Below, in pieces: positions 28,291 through 37,632 of a stretch of 64,000 bases of DNA; position 1 is the stretch's first letter; every line of letters begins with the position of its first letter. The DNA is from an uncultured bacterium (lineage in GTDB: Bacteria; UBP6; UBA1177), in NCBI GenBank assembly GCA_905233945.1, contig CAJOFY010000022.1:1490-65489 (forward strand). The letters are read 5' to 3'. The notes beneath the pieces are model-generated. The model did no database searches and was not told the origin of the DNA. It saw nothing but the letters and a program-made list of their open reading frames with translations. The translations under genes and the position numbers were made by a program.

Positions 28291-30039
28291 TTATAATAAT
28301 GTCGGGAAATTCGGAACAATACTTTCATTTTCCGTGGTTTCACCGTCTTCTTCACATTCGGTTTCCGTTCCGTCCTCGTTGTAGCACTCGCAGCCGGTCG
28401 CTCTTCTGCTTTCAGCCATTTTCGATCTGCCCCATACGCTGTAATACTCAGTTCCGGAAGGATGCTGACCGCCTGAAATCATCATATATTTGTCGGGATC
28501 GCTTTCTTCAAGATAGTAGCATACTTTGGAGAGGAAATCTGTCTCGATATCGTAATAATAATCATATTTCGTGATGTAAAAATTCTTCGTGGGTTCACCC
28601 GATTTGGCCGATGCTTCAAAACTGCCGGCATACATATCGATGTCCGTTCTTCCGACTTTTATAACGCCTTCGTAATATCTCTCTGGTTCTATGCACTGCT
28701 GCATGATTTTCACATACCCCTGGGATTTGAACACATAATGCGAGCAGTAAAAGTCGGGAATGTAGTCTTCAGGATAAATGAAGTATCCTATAGATTCGTT
28801 CAGCTCTTCGGACTCGTAATCCGTGAGAGGTGCGTAAACGGAAAAAATCTGAGTGTCGTCCTCGTTGTCGATAAGTTCTTCCCAATCAGGGAAAACCGTA
28901 CCTTTTTCTGCCTGAATACCGTCCGTAAGAACATACTCCATCCAGTCGTTGAGAATGCTGAGCGTGCTGGAACTGCCGCCGAAGTTGTTGAACAGCACAT
29001 GTATTTCGCCGGTTTCAGGGTAGAAAGCAATCAGAGCTGAAGTTACAATAACGTCGCCGCCGTGGTAGTAAAATTTACCGTGATGTCCGTTTCCGTACAT
29101 CATTCCGAGTCCGTAAACCGGTATTCCGGAAACTTTAACAAAATCAAGCATCTCCTTCATGCTTTCTTCGGAAAGAAGCTCTCCGTTGAAAAGTGCGTGA
29201 GCGTATCTGAACATATCTTCGGCATTTGAAACGATCCCGCCGGCAGTCCAGAAACGTTCGTTGAGTTCATAAGGAACAATGTTTCCGTACTCGTCGAAAG
29301 TGTGTCCGTGAGCTTTGTCATCCAACGGATACTCTTCAAAATTTTTCATAAAAGTGTGAGTCATTCCGAGCGGATCAAGTATTTTTTCGCGGATAACTTC
29401 AACCGCATCCTTTCCGGCAATTTTGTTTATGATAAGCCCTGCCAGAATAAAGTTTGTGTTGCTGTACGACCAGTCGCTTCCCGGCTCGAAGTTGAATTTT
29501 CCGTTGACCTTTTCAACGATAGCTTCCAGATCATCGTATTCGTTCCACTCAAGAATGCCCGAAGTGTGGTTGAGAAGCATTCTGACAGTGATTCTGTCAC
29601 CTTTTTCAAAATCGGGAAACCACTTGTCTATCGTCTGGTCGAGATCGACTTTGCCTTCTTCCTGCAAAAGCAGCATCGTAACGGCGGTGAAGTTTTTGGT
29701 GATGCTTCCGATGTCAAAAAGATCGTCTGTCGAAAGCGGTTCCTGCGTTTCGCTGTTGCGCACGCCGTAAGCAATGGAAGTGAGTTCATCCTTTCCGTAA
29801 CCTATCACGACACCTGTTCCGTGAGCGGAATTGACGTATTCTTCTGCAAGATTCCTGATGCTTTCCAGTTTTGCCTCATCATCTGCGGAGATTTCGTCCG
29901 TATCGGGCACTTCACCGTCGGTTTCTTCGGAAACAGTGTCCTCGTCCGGTGTCACCGTTTCATTTTTTGAGGAACTGCCGCAGCCTGAACCGAAAAAAAG
30001 CATCGAAAAAACGATTAACGCTGTCAGCAGTTTTTTCAT
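28291..30039 (-). CDS. beta-lactamase-family serine hydrolase lipoprotein (tandem paralog)
   Basis: Clear paralog of the upstream gene across the SITK-containing N-domain (e.g. LFDIGSITKNFTAVTMLLLQEEGKVDLDQTIDKWFPDFEKG vs LFEVGSITKNFTAVTMLLLQEEGKIDLDQTIDKWFPDFEKG). Confidence 0.7.
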   Translation of the reverse strand: MKKLLTALIVFSMLFFGSGCGSSSKNETVTPDEDTVSEETDGEVPDTDEISADDEAKLESIRNLAEEYVNSAHGTGVVIGYGKDELTSIAYGVRNSETQEPLSTDDLFDIGSITKNFTAVTMLLLQEEGKVDLDQTIDKWFPDFEKGDRITVRMLLNHTSGILEWNEYDDLEAIVEKVNGKFNFEPGSDWSYSNTNFILAGLIINKIAGKDAVEVIREKILDPLGMTHTFMKNFEEYPLDDKAHGHTFDEYGNIVPYELNERFWTAGGIVSNAEDMFRYAHALFNGELLSEESMKEMLDFVKVSGIPVYGLGMMYGNGHHGKFYYHGGDVIVTSALIAFYPETGEIHVLFNNFGGSSSTLSILNDWMEYVLTDGIQAEKGTVFPDWEELIDNEDDTQIFSVYAPLTDYESEELNESIGYFIYPEDYIPDFYCSHYVFKSQGYVKIMQQCIEPERYYEGVIKVGRTDIDMYAGSFEASAKSGEPTKNFYITKYDYYYDIETDFLSKVCYYLEESDPDKYMMISGGQHPSGTEYYSVWGRSKMAESRRATGCECYNEDGTETECEEDGETTENESIVPNFPTLL

Positions 30040-30054
30040 CTTCGCCTCCGGAAA

Positions 30055-31653
30055 TTAAAAAATTTCAGCCGGTGTCAGAACAGTGTCTTTCGCCTCATCG
30101 AGCATTTTTGGATAGTCGATGTTGAAGTGGAGGCCGCGGCTTTCCTTGCGTTTCATTGCGCTTTTGATGATGAGTTCAGCGACGAGAGTAAGGTTCCTGA
30201 GTTCGAGAAGGTCTCTCGACACCTTGAAATTCCAGTAGTATTCGTTGATTTCGTGTTTCATAAGTTCCAGTCTCGCCAGAGCGCGTTCCAGACGCTTGTT
30301 GCTGCGGACAATACCGACATAGTTCCACATGATGCGGCGGACCTCGTCCCAGTTCTGTTTGATAATGATTTTTTCGTCCTCGTCTTCGGCATCACCCGGA
30401 TTCCATGCGGGCGGTTCGGGGCATTCTCCGGTGTACCCCGCGATGTAGGAAACAATTTCCTTGGCGACATATTTGCCCATGACGGCAGCTTCGAGAAGCG
30501 AGTTCGAAGCAAGTCTGTTAGCGCCGTGAAGCCCTGTGTGTGCAACTTCGCCGCTGACAAAAAGCCCCGGAATAGAAGTCTTTCCCGTCGGTTCGCTCTG
30601 AAGGCCGCCGCATGAATAGTGGGCTGCCGGAACGACAGGGATCGGCATTGTCCGCATATCGATTCCTGCATCGAGACAGATTCTGAAAATATTCGGGAAC
30701 CTCTGCTGAAGGAAGTGTCCGTCGAGCTTTGTCATGTCGAGGAAAACGCAGTCGTCGCCGCTCATTTTCATTTCGTGGTCGATTGCACGGGCAACGATGT
30801 CACGCGGAGCCAGAGATTTGAGCGGATGATATTTTTCCATAAAGGTTTCGCCTTTTTTGTTGATGAGGACGCCGCCTTCACCGCGCAGAGCCTCCGAAAT
30901 AAGCATCGACTTGATTTTTTCGTGGTAAAGAATCGTCGGATGGAACTGGATCATCTCCATATTTACAACCGGAACACCCGCACGGAATCCGATTGCAACG
31001 CCGTCACCGGTCGTAACGTCGGGATTTGACGTGTAGAGATAAACTTTCCCGCATCCGCCAGTCGCAAGAAGTACTGTTTTCGCCGTAATCGTGAGAATTT
31101 CGCCGTTTCTGCCGAGAACGTAGGCGCCGATAATCCTGTTGCTTTCGCTGCTCATGAACTTTGACTCAGTTATGACATCAATTGCAGTGTGGTTTTCCAG
31201 AACAGTGATGTTAGAGTGCAGCAGAACTGCCTTTTTAACGACTTTTATGAGCTCGAAACCTGTTATGTCACCTGCGTGGACGACTCTGCGCTCGGAGTGA
31301 CCGCCTTCCCTGCCGAGATCGAGTTTGCCTTCTTCGTTTTCGGTGAAGTGGCAGCCCAGTTTTTCAAAATATTTGATTGCATCGGGGCCGTTTTCGACAA
31401 AAAAGCGGACTGCCTTTTCGTTGTTGAGTCCGACACCTGCCGTGATCGTGTCCTTGATGTGTTTTTCGAACGAATCGACGTTGAAATCGGTAACGGTCGC
31501 GATTCCGCCCTGGGCGTTTGCGCTGTTCGAAACATCGATCGCCTCTTTCGTTACAACAACGGTTTTAAGCCCTTTTTCGGCCAGGCTCAAAGCGGTCGAA
31601 AGCCCTGAAAGTCCGCTTCCTATAATGAGTACATCTGCATAAATACGTTCCAT
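30055..31653 (-). CDS. nadB: L-aspartate oxidase
   Basis: FAD GxGxxG (IGSGLSGL); 532 aa, fumarate reductase/succinate dehydrogenase flavoprotein-like without extra C-terminal domain. Confidence 0.75.
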   Translation of the reverse strand: MERIYADVLIIGSGLSGLSTALSLAEKGLKTVVVTKEAIDVSNSANAQGGIATVTDFNVDSFEKHIKDTITAGVGLNNEKAVRFFVENGPDAIKYFEKLGCHFTENEEGKLDLGREGGHSERRVVHAGDITGFELIKVVKKAVLLHSNITVLENHTAIDVITESKFMSSESNRIIGAYVLGRNGEILTITAKTVLLATGGCGKVYLYTSNPDVTTGDGVAIGFRAGVPVVNMEMIQFHPTILYHEKIKSMLISEALRGEGGVLINKKGETFMEKYHPLKSLAPRDIVARAIDHEMKMSGDDCVFLDMTKLDGHFLQQRFPNIFRICLDAGIDMRTMPIPVVPAAHYSCGGLQSEPTGKTSIPGLFVSGEVAHTGLHGANRLASNSLLEAAVMGKYVAKEIVSYIAGYTGECPEPPAWNPGDAEDEDEKIIIKQNWDEVRRIMWNYVGIVRSNKRLERALARLELMKHEINEYYWNFKVSRDLLELRNLTLVAELIIKSAMKRKESRGLHFNIDYPKMLDEAKDTVLTPAEIF

Positions 31654-31675
31654 TTTTCAACCTGTTAGCTGTATA

Positions 31676-32092
31676 CTAAAATACTTCGTCTTTAAGTTCT
31701 TTCATCGCTTTCGTGATGACTTTTTTATCTGTTTCCGACATGTTCACAAATTTAGTGCTGAGTCCGATCATCGGCTCTTCCGGCGTGCATTTGAGAACTT
31801 CGGCACCGCATTTGATGATATAGTCGGTTCCTGGAACCTGAAATTCGATATCAATAAGCGTTCCGGTCGAATACGGGTTCGGAGAAAGAATATACATCCC
31901 GTCCGCACTCAAGTTGCCGGTCTGCTGGAAATAGTCGGCGTCGCCCTCGATATTGCGCACCCACATTTTTACCGGAATACGTTCCTGGGCACGTCTGTCC
32001 CCGAGTCTTCTGTCGCTGTTGCTGCGCTCGTCATCAGCGATTTTGAACTGCAAATCGTCTCTACGGTCCTTGTTTTGTCTCCTGTCTTCCAT
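31676..32092 (-). CDS. PilZ-domain protein (putative c-di-GMP receptor)
   Basis: RxxxR (RRAQER) and DxSxxG (NLSADG) PilZ signatures; GGAGAG RBS before the internal Met at 32092. Confidence 0.6.
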   Translation of the reverse strand: MEDRRQNKDRRDDLQFKIADDERSNSDRRLGDRRAQERIPVKMWVRNIEGDADYFQQTGNLSADGMYILSPNPYSTGTLIDIEFQVPGTDYIIKCGAEVLKCTPEEPMIGLSTKFVNMSETDKKVITKAMKELKDEVF

Positions 32093-32247
32093 TTTTCTCT
32101 CCTGAAAAAACACAAAAGCAAACAACAGAATATAATTCAGCTGAATTTAAAGTCCACTAAATGATTCAGAGGCTTGATTATCTTTCAATTTTTGACTTAG
32201 CACATCTTTGTGCTATATTCGCGCGCTAATTTTTTTGGGAGGCCAAA

Positions 32248-33105
32248 ATGAAAGGACTTACCTTTCAGGAAATGATCGTTCGACTTGAAAAATTCTGGAT
32301 GGAACGCGGCTGCATACTGGTTCAGCCGTGGGATTTGGAAATGGGTGCCGGAACATTCCACCCGGCGACGTTTTTTTACGCGCTGAATCCGGCGAATATA
32401 AGCTCTGTCTATGTCCAGCCGTCGCGCAGACCGACTGACGGCAGATACGGCGAAAGCCCGAACAGAATGCAGAGGTTCTACCAGCTTCAGGTTCTCATAA
32501 AACCGAGCCCGAAAGACGCTCAGCAGCTTTATCTCGAAAGCCTCAAAGTCATAGGGATCGACCCGGCGGAGCACGATATCCGCTTTGTCGAGGACGACTG
32601 GGAAAGCCCGACTCTGGGAGCATGGGGTCTCGGATGGGAAGTATGGCTTGACGGAATGGAGATCAGCCAGTTCACATACTTCCAGCAGGTAGGCGGAATC
32701 GACCTCAAACCGGTTCCAGTAGAACTTACCTACGGCCTGGAAAGGATCTGCATGTACCTGCAGGGAGTCGAAAACGTTTACGACCTGCAGTGGAACGACA
32801 AAGTCAAATACGGCACAGTCCACAAGGCTGACGAAGTCGAATTTTCGACTTTCAACTTCAAAGAGGCGCCTGTTGAAGATTTCTTCGCGTTTTTCGACAA
32901 ATACGAGAAAATTTCGAAAGAACTTATCGAAAAATCGCTTCCTCGCCCCGCTTATGAATTCTGCATCAAGGCAAGCCACGCGTTCAATATTCTCGATGCC
33001 CGTGGCGCGATCTCGGTCACCGAAAGGCAGAGATACATCATGCGCATCAGAGACCTTGCCTGCGCCGCTGCAAAAAAATACGCTGAAAGTTTTAAGGAGG
33101 AATAA
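32248..33105 (+). CDS. glyQ: glycyl-tRNA synthetase alpha subunit
   Basis: Highly conserved GlyQ N-terminus (TFQEMI…LEKFW…GC). Confidence 0.9.
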   Translation: MKGLTFQEMIVRLEKFWMERGCILVQPWDLEMGAGTFHPATFFYALNPANISSVYVQPSRRPTDGRYGESPNRMQRFYQLQVLIKPSPKDAQQLYLESLKVIGIDPAEHDIRFVEDDWESPTLGAWGLGWEVWLDGMEISQFTYFQQVGGIDLKPVPVELTYGLERICMYLQGVENVYDLQWNDKVKYGTVHKADEVEFSTFNFKEAPVEDFFAFFDKYEKISKELIEKSLPRPAYEFCIKASHAFNILDARGAISVTERQRYIMRIRDLACAAAKKYAESFKEE

Positions 33106-35151
33106 ATGTCGGATTTTATTTTTGAAATCGGTTATGAAGAATTCCCAGCAAGTTTTATTCTTCCTTTTGTTTCGCAGCTTAAGGAAAAAATACTTTCCGA
33201 GCTTGAAAAACAGCGCGTAACTGTCGGAAACTGCAAGGAATTCTCGACTTGTTCGAGAACTGCTCTCATCTGCACGGGACTTCCCGAAAAACAGCCCGAC
33301 ATCCGCGAAAAAGTCACAGGCGCGCCGAAAAAAGTCGCGCTGAATGCTGACGGGACCCTTTCAAAAGCTGGCGAAGCGTTCCTTGCAAAGAACAAAATCA
33401 CCGAATATTTTTTTGAAAACAGCGAAAAAGGCGAAGTGATCGCCGGCTTTGTCGAAGAAAAGGGAAAAACTCTTGAAGAAGTCATCGCTCCTGTCGTAAA
33501 AGCTGCTCTCCACGCAGCAAACTTCAAAAAAAGCATGCGCTGGGCGGAGAACACTTTTGCGTTTGCAAGACCGATCAGATGGATCCTTCTTTCGATCGAC
33601 GGAAAACCGGTAGAAGACGATTTTGAAGGAATAAAATTCGCGAAAACTTCTTTCGGACACCGCTTCCTTTCAAACGGAGCACTTGATATAAACGCTTCGA
33701 ATTACTACGAAATTCTTACGGCTCACTATATCATGGTCGATAGAGCTGAAAGAAAGGAATTCATCCGTTCCGAAGTCGCGAAAAAGGCCGAAGAACTCGG
33801 ACTTATCGCAAATATCGACGAAAATCTTCTCGATGAAGTCACAGACATGGTCGAATATCCGCATGTCGTCATCGGAAATATTCCCGAAAAATACAAAAAC
33901 CTGCCGGTAGAACTCGTTGTTAAAGTCCTCAAAAAAGACCAGAGATACTTTACTCTGAGCGACAAAAATTCGCAGGTCATCAAGTTTGCAAGCGTTCTCA
34001 ACAACATTCCTCGCAACGATTCGCTTGTAATCGAAGGAAATGAGAAAGTTGTCGCAGCACGTCTTTCCGATGCGGCCTTCTACTTCAACGACGACCTTGC
34101 AAAGGACTTCGCAGCCCTTTACGAAAGGCTCAAAGGTGTCCTTTTCCAGAAGGATCTCGGAACTTACAGCGAAAAAGTCGAAAGAATCTGCAAAATCGCC
34201 GCTTTCATCGCCGAAAAATACTTCACGCTTGACGATGCGGCGAAAAAACGCCTCCAGACCGCGGGCGAAATGATCAAAAACGACCTCGTAACGGGTGTAG
34301 TTTTCGAATTTCCCGATCTGCAGGGGATCATGGGCCGTTACTACGCGCTTCACGCAGGATTCGAGAAAGATATCTGCGAAGCGATGTACGAGCACTATCT
34401 CCCGATAAACGCAGGCGATGCGCTTCCAGCGACCGAGATCGGAACGATCCTCAGCATGTCCGATAAGATCGACACGATCGTAGGCGGATTCATGGCAGGA
34501 ATGAAGCCCTCTGGCTCCAAAGACAAGTTCGCGATCCGCAGAAACGCGATCGGTTTCCTCACAGTCGCGCAGAATTACAGCCTCGACATCAAGGAAGTCG
34601 TCGAATTCGCATGGAACCTCATCGTTCCGCGCATCAAAAACGCGAAAGATGAGATGAAGCAGGAAATAATCGACTTCATAGTCGCAAGATACAACGGCGT
34701 TTTGAGCTTCGACACCCCTGTAATCCAGGCTGCGACGGCACGCGACGCCGAATTTCCGAAAGTCGTCGCAAAACGGGCTGAAACGATTTCTCGCCTTCTC
34801 AAAGAAAGCGGGATCTCCGAGTTGGTACAGCTTTACAAACGCGGCTGCAACATCCTGAAAAAGCAGGAATTTACGGTTGGAACAATCAACGAAGCGCTTT
34901 TCGAGCAGGATGAAGAGAAGAATCTTTTCACTGAAGTTGTCAAAGTCGAAAACGAAATCAAAACAATGCATGACAACTTCGAGATCGCGATGAAGATCCT
35001 CTCGCTCAAACCAGCACTTGACGCGTTCTTCGACGCTGTTTTCGTAATGCACGACAACGCCGGAATCAGAACGAACAGAATGAACCTCATCGGTAAAGTT
35101 ACCAGCTTGGTAGCGGAAAATATCGGTGAAATCAGTTTCTTGAATATTTAA
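33106..35151 (+). CDS. glyS: glycyl-tRNA synthetase beta subunit
   Basis: 681 aa; starts 1 nt after the glyQ stop; characteristic FEIGxEExP N-terminus. Confidence 0.9.
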   Translation: MSDFIFEIGYEEFPASFILPFVSQLKEKILSELEKQRVTVGNCKEFSTCSRTALICTGLPEKQPDIREKVTGAPKKVALNADGTLSKAGEAFLAKNKITEYFFENSEKGEVIAGFVEEKGKTLEEVIAPVVKAALHAANFKKSMRWAENTFAFARPIRWILLSIDGKPVEDDFEGIKFAKTSFGHRFLSNGALDINASNYYEILTAHYIMVDRAERKEFIRSEVAKKAEELGLIANIDENLLDEVTDMVEYPHVVIGNIPEKYKNLPVELVVKVLKKDQRYFTLSDKNSQVIKFASVLNNIPRNDSLVIEGNEKVVAARLSDAAFYFNDDLAKDFAALYERLKGVLFQKDLGTYSEKVERICKIAAFIAEKYFTLDDAAKKRLQTAGEMIKNDLVTGVVFEFPDLQGIMGRYYALHAGFEKDICEAMYEHYLPINAGDALPATEIGTILSMSDKIDTIVGGFMAGMKPSGSKDKFAIRRNAIGFLTVAQNYSLDIKEVVEFAWNLIVPRIKNAKDEMKQEIIDFIVARYNGVLSFDTPVIQAATARDAEFPKVVAKRAETISRLLKESGISELVQLYKRGCNILKKQEFTVGTINEALFEQDEEKNLFTEVVKVENEIKTMHDNFEIAMKILSLKPALDAFFDAVFVMHDNAGIRTNRMNLIGKVTSLVAENIGEISFLNI

Positions 35152-36695
35152 TGGAGAAAAAAATGGCTGAAAACAAAGCTCAGGAACCAAAAACCGTTCC
35201 GCAGATGGACGAAAACGAGATTATCGCCCGCAAAAAAGAGAAAGTTAAAATGCTGCGCGAAGAGGGGATCCACCCTTACGCAAATAGTTTCGCTCCCGAT
35301 TCGACGGTAGAAAAGGTCGTTGAATACTGCAAGACCCAGACGAAGGAAGAACTTGAACAGACGGGGAAACCGCTTGAATTCGCAGTTGCAGGCAGGATCA
35401 TGTTCCTCCGCATCATGGGAAAACTCGCTTTCGCAAACCTCAAGGACGAGACGGGTTCGATCCAGATCCTTTTCGCAAAAGACTTCCTCGGCGAAGATTT
35501 CGCGAAGTTCAAAAAGGCTTTTGATGTCGGCGATATAGTATGGGTAAAAGGCGAAGTTTTCGTTACGAGAACCGGCGAATACTCAATCCTTGCTCACAAA
35601 ACCGAGCTTCTCACCAAAAACATCCGTCCGCTTCCCGAAAAATTCCACGGACTTACCGACAAAGAGCTTCGTTACAGACAGCGTTACCTCGACCTCATCA
35701 TGAACGATGACGTCAGAGAGACTTTCAAAAAGAGAGTAAAGATCATAAATTTCATCAGAAACTACATGAACAATGCAGGTTTCATGGAAGTCGAGACTCC
35801 GATGATGCACCCGCTCGTCAGCGGCGCAGCTGCGAAACCTTTCATCACGCACCACAACGCGCTCGACATTCCGCTTTACATGAGGATCGCGCCCGAGTGC
35901 TACCTCAAAAGGCTTCTCGTCGGCGGACTCGGCAAAGTTTACGAGATCAACCGCAGCTTCAGAAACGAGGGCATGGACCTCAAACACAACCCCGAATTCA
36001 CAATGATGGAATTCTACTGGCCGTATGCGACCTACGAAGACCAGATCCGCTTCACGCAGGAGATGATCAGCAAGCTCTGCATCGAGATCAACGGAACGAC
36101 CGAAGTCGAATACGACGGAATGAAGATCGATTTCAAAGCTCCGTGGAACAGAATGACGGTCGAAGAAAGTATAGTAAAATCAGGCGTATGCACCGAAGAA
36201 GACCTCGAAGACAGAGAAAAACTCATTGAGATCGGTGTTAAAAACGGTCTCGACAAGGCAACGCTTGAAGGAATGTCCCGCTACAAGATCATCATGGAAT
36301 TCTTTGACAACTTTGTCGAAGAACACCTGATCCAGCCGACATTCATCACAAAATATCCGACCGAAGTGAGCCCGCTCGCACGCAGAAACGACGAAAACCC
36401 AGAATATACAGACAGATTTGAGCTTTTTGTCGCAGGAAGAGAGCTTTCCAACGCGTTTAGCGAACTCAATGACCCGAAACAGCAGTATGATTCTTTCGCG
36501 GCTCAGGTCGAAGCTAAAAAAGCAGGCGATGACGAAACGATCGACATGGACAGCGACTACATCCGCGCCCTTGAATACGGAATGCCGCCGGCAGCAGGAC
36601 AGGGAATCGGCATCGACAGACTTGTCATGCTCATGACCAATTCACCCAGCATCCGCGATGTAATACTTTTCCCCACGATGAAACCGGAAAAGTAA
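35151..36695 (+). CDS. lysS: lysyl-tRNA synthetase (class II)
   Basis: Class II motifs (FRNEG motif 2, GxGxGxDR motif 3: GIGIDRLVM); start overlaps the glyS stop. Confidence 0.9.
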   Translation: MEKKMAENKAQEPKTVPQMDENEIIARKKEKVKMLREEGIHPYANSFAPDSTVEKVVEYCKTQTKEELEQTGKPLEFAVAGRIMFLRIMGKLAFANLKDETGSIQILFAKDFLGEDFAKFKKAFDVGDIVWVKGEVFVTRTGEYSILAHKTELLTKNIRPLPEKFHGLTDKELRYRQRYLDLIMNDDVRETFKKRVKIINFIRNYMNNAGFMEVETPMMHPLVSGAAAKPFITHHNALDIPLYMRIAPECYLKRLLVGGLGKVYEINRSFRNEGMDLKHNPEFTMMEFYWPYATYEDQIRFTQEMISKLCIEINGTTEVEYDGMKIDFKAPWNRMTVEESIVKSGVCTEEDLEDREKLIEIGVKNGLDKATLEGMSRYKIIMEFFDNFVEEHLIQPTFITKYPTEVSPLARRNDENPEYTDRFELFVAGRELSNAFSELNDPKQQYDSFAAQVEAKKAGDDETIDMDSDYIRALEYGMPPAAGQGIGIDRLVMLMTNSPSIRDVILFPTMKPEK

Positions 36696-36778
36696 CGCGT
36701 AAAAACTTCTGAAGTAACAAAAAAATCGGAAACAATTTTTTTTCTGCTAAAATATGCCGCTTTTTAAAGGAGGATCTC

Positions 36779-37624
36779 ATGGTTAAATTCATCGGCGCCC
36801 ACATTTCGGCGGCGGGCGGAGTCGAAAACGCTCCGAAAAACGCGGCTGAAATCAACGCTACGGCTTTCGCTCTCTTCACGAAAAATCAGAAACAGTGGTT
36901 CGCTCCGGCGCTTTCCGCTGCTTCAATCGAGGCTTTCAAAGAAAAATGTGCTGAACTTCATTTTGCCGCACATGCGATCCTTCCGCATGACAGCTATCTC
37001 ATAAATCTCGGGCATCCGGCTGATGAAGGGCTTCAGAAATCACGGAATTCCTTTACTGACGAGATGAAACGCTGCGAAATTTTAGGGCTCGACAGGCTCA
37101 ACTTTCACCCCGGAAGCCATCTTCGTGAAATCACCGAAAGCGAGTGCCTTTCAAAAATCGCAGAATCGATAAATATCGCGCTCGATAAGACAAAAGGGGT
37201 CACCGCAGTCATCGAAAACACGGCGGGACAAGGCTCAAATGTAGGATACAGATTTGAACATCTTGCCGAAATTATTGACAAAATTGAAGATAAATCGCGA
37301 GTCGGGATCTGCATCGACACCTGCCACGCCTTTGCCGCGGGATACGACCTTACGACACCTGTTGCCTGTGAAAAAACTTTCAGCGAACTCGATAAAACTG
37401 TGGGACTCAAATATCTTCGCGGAATGCACTTCAACGATGCGAAAAAAATGCTCGGAAGCAAGGTCGACAGGCATGAAACTCTCGGTAACGGCGCGATCGG
37501 AATAGAGTGCTTCAAATGGCTCGTTGAACAGCCTTTCACCGACAATATTCCGTTGATTTTAGAGACTCCGGAGCCCGAAAAGTGGCCGAAGGAAATAGAA
37601 CTGCTCAAAAGTTTTGTAAAATAG
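36779..37624 (+). CDS. nfo: endonuclease IV (AP endonuclease)
   Basis: [12 protein letters not shown]-terminus; TIM-barrel AP endonuclease 2 metal-ligand pattern. Confidence 0.85.
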   Translation: MVKFIGAHISAAGGVENAPKNAAEINATAFALFTKNQKQWFAPALSAASIEAFKEKCAELHFAAHAILPHDSYLINLGHPADEGLQKSRNSFTDEMKRCEILGLDRLNFHPGSHLREITESECLSKIAESINIALDKTKGVTAVIENTAGQGSNVGYRFEHLAEIIDKIEDKSRVGICIDTCHAFAAGYDLTTPVACEKTFSELDKTVGLKYLRGMHFNDAKKMLGSKVDRHETLGNGAIGIECFKWLVEQPFTDNIPLILETPEPEKWPKEIELLKSFVK

Positions 37625-37632
37625 GAGGCCAA

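Noticed and set aside
29302-29970. 222-aa plus-strand ORF
   Set aside because: Antisense to the second beta-lactamase-family gene.
33670-35190. 506-aa ORF on the minus strand
   Set aside because: Antisense shadow ORF inside glyS. glyS has unmistakable homology and operon context; the antisense product is low-complexity.
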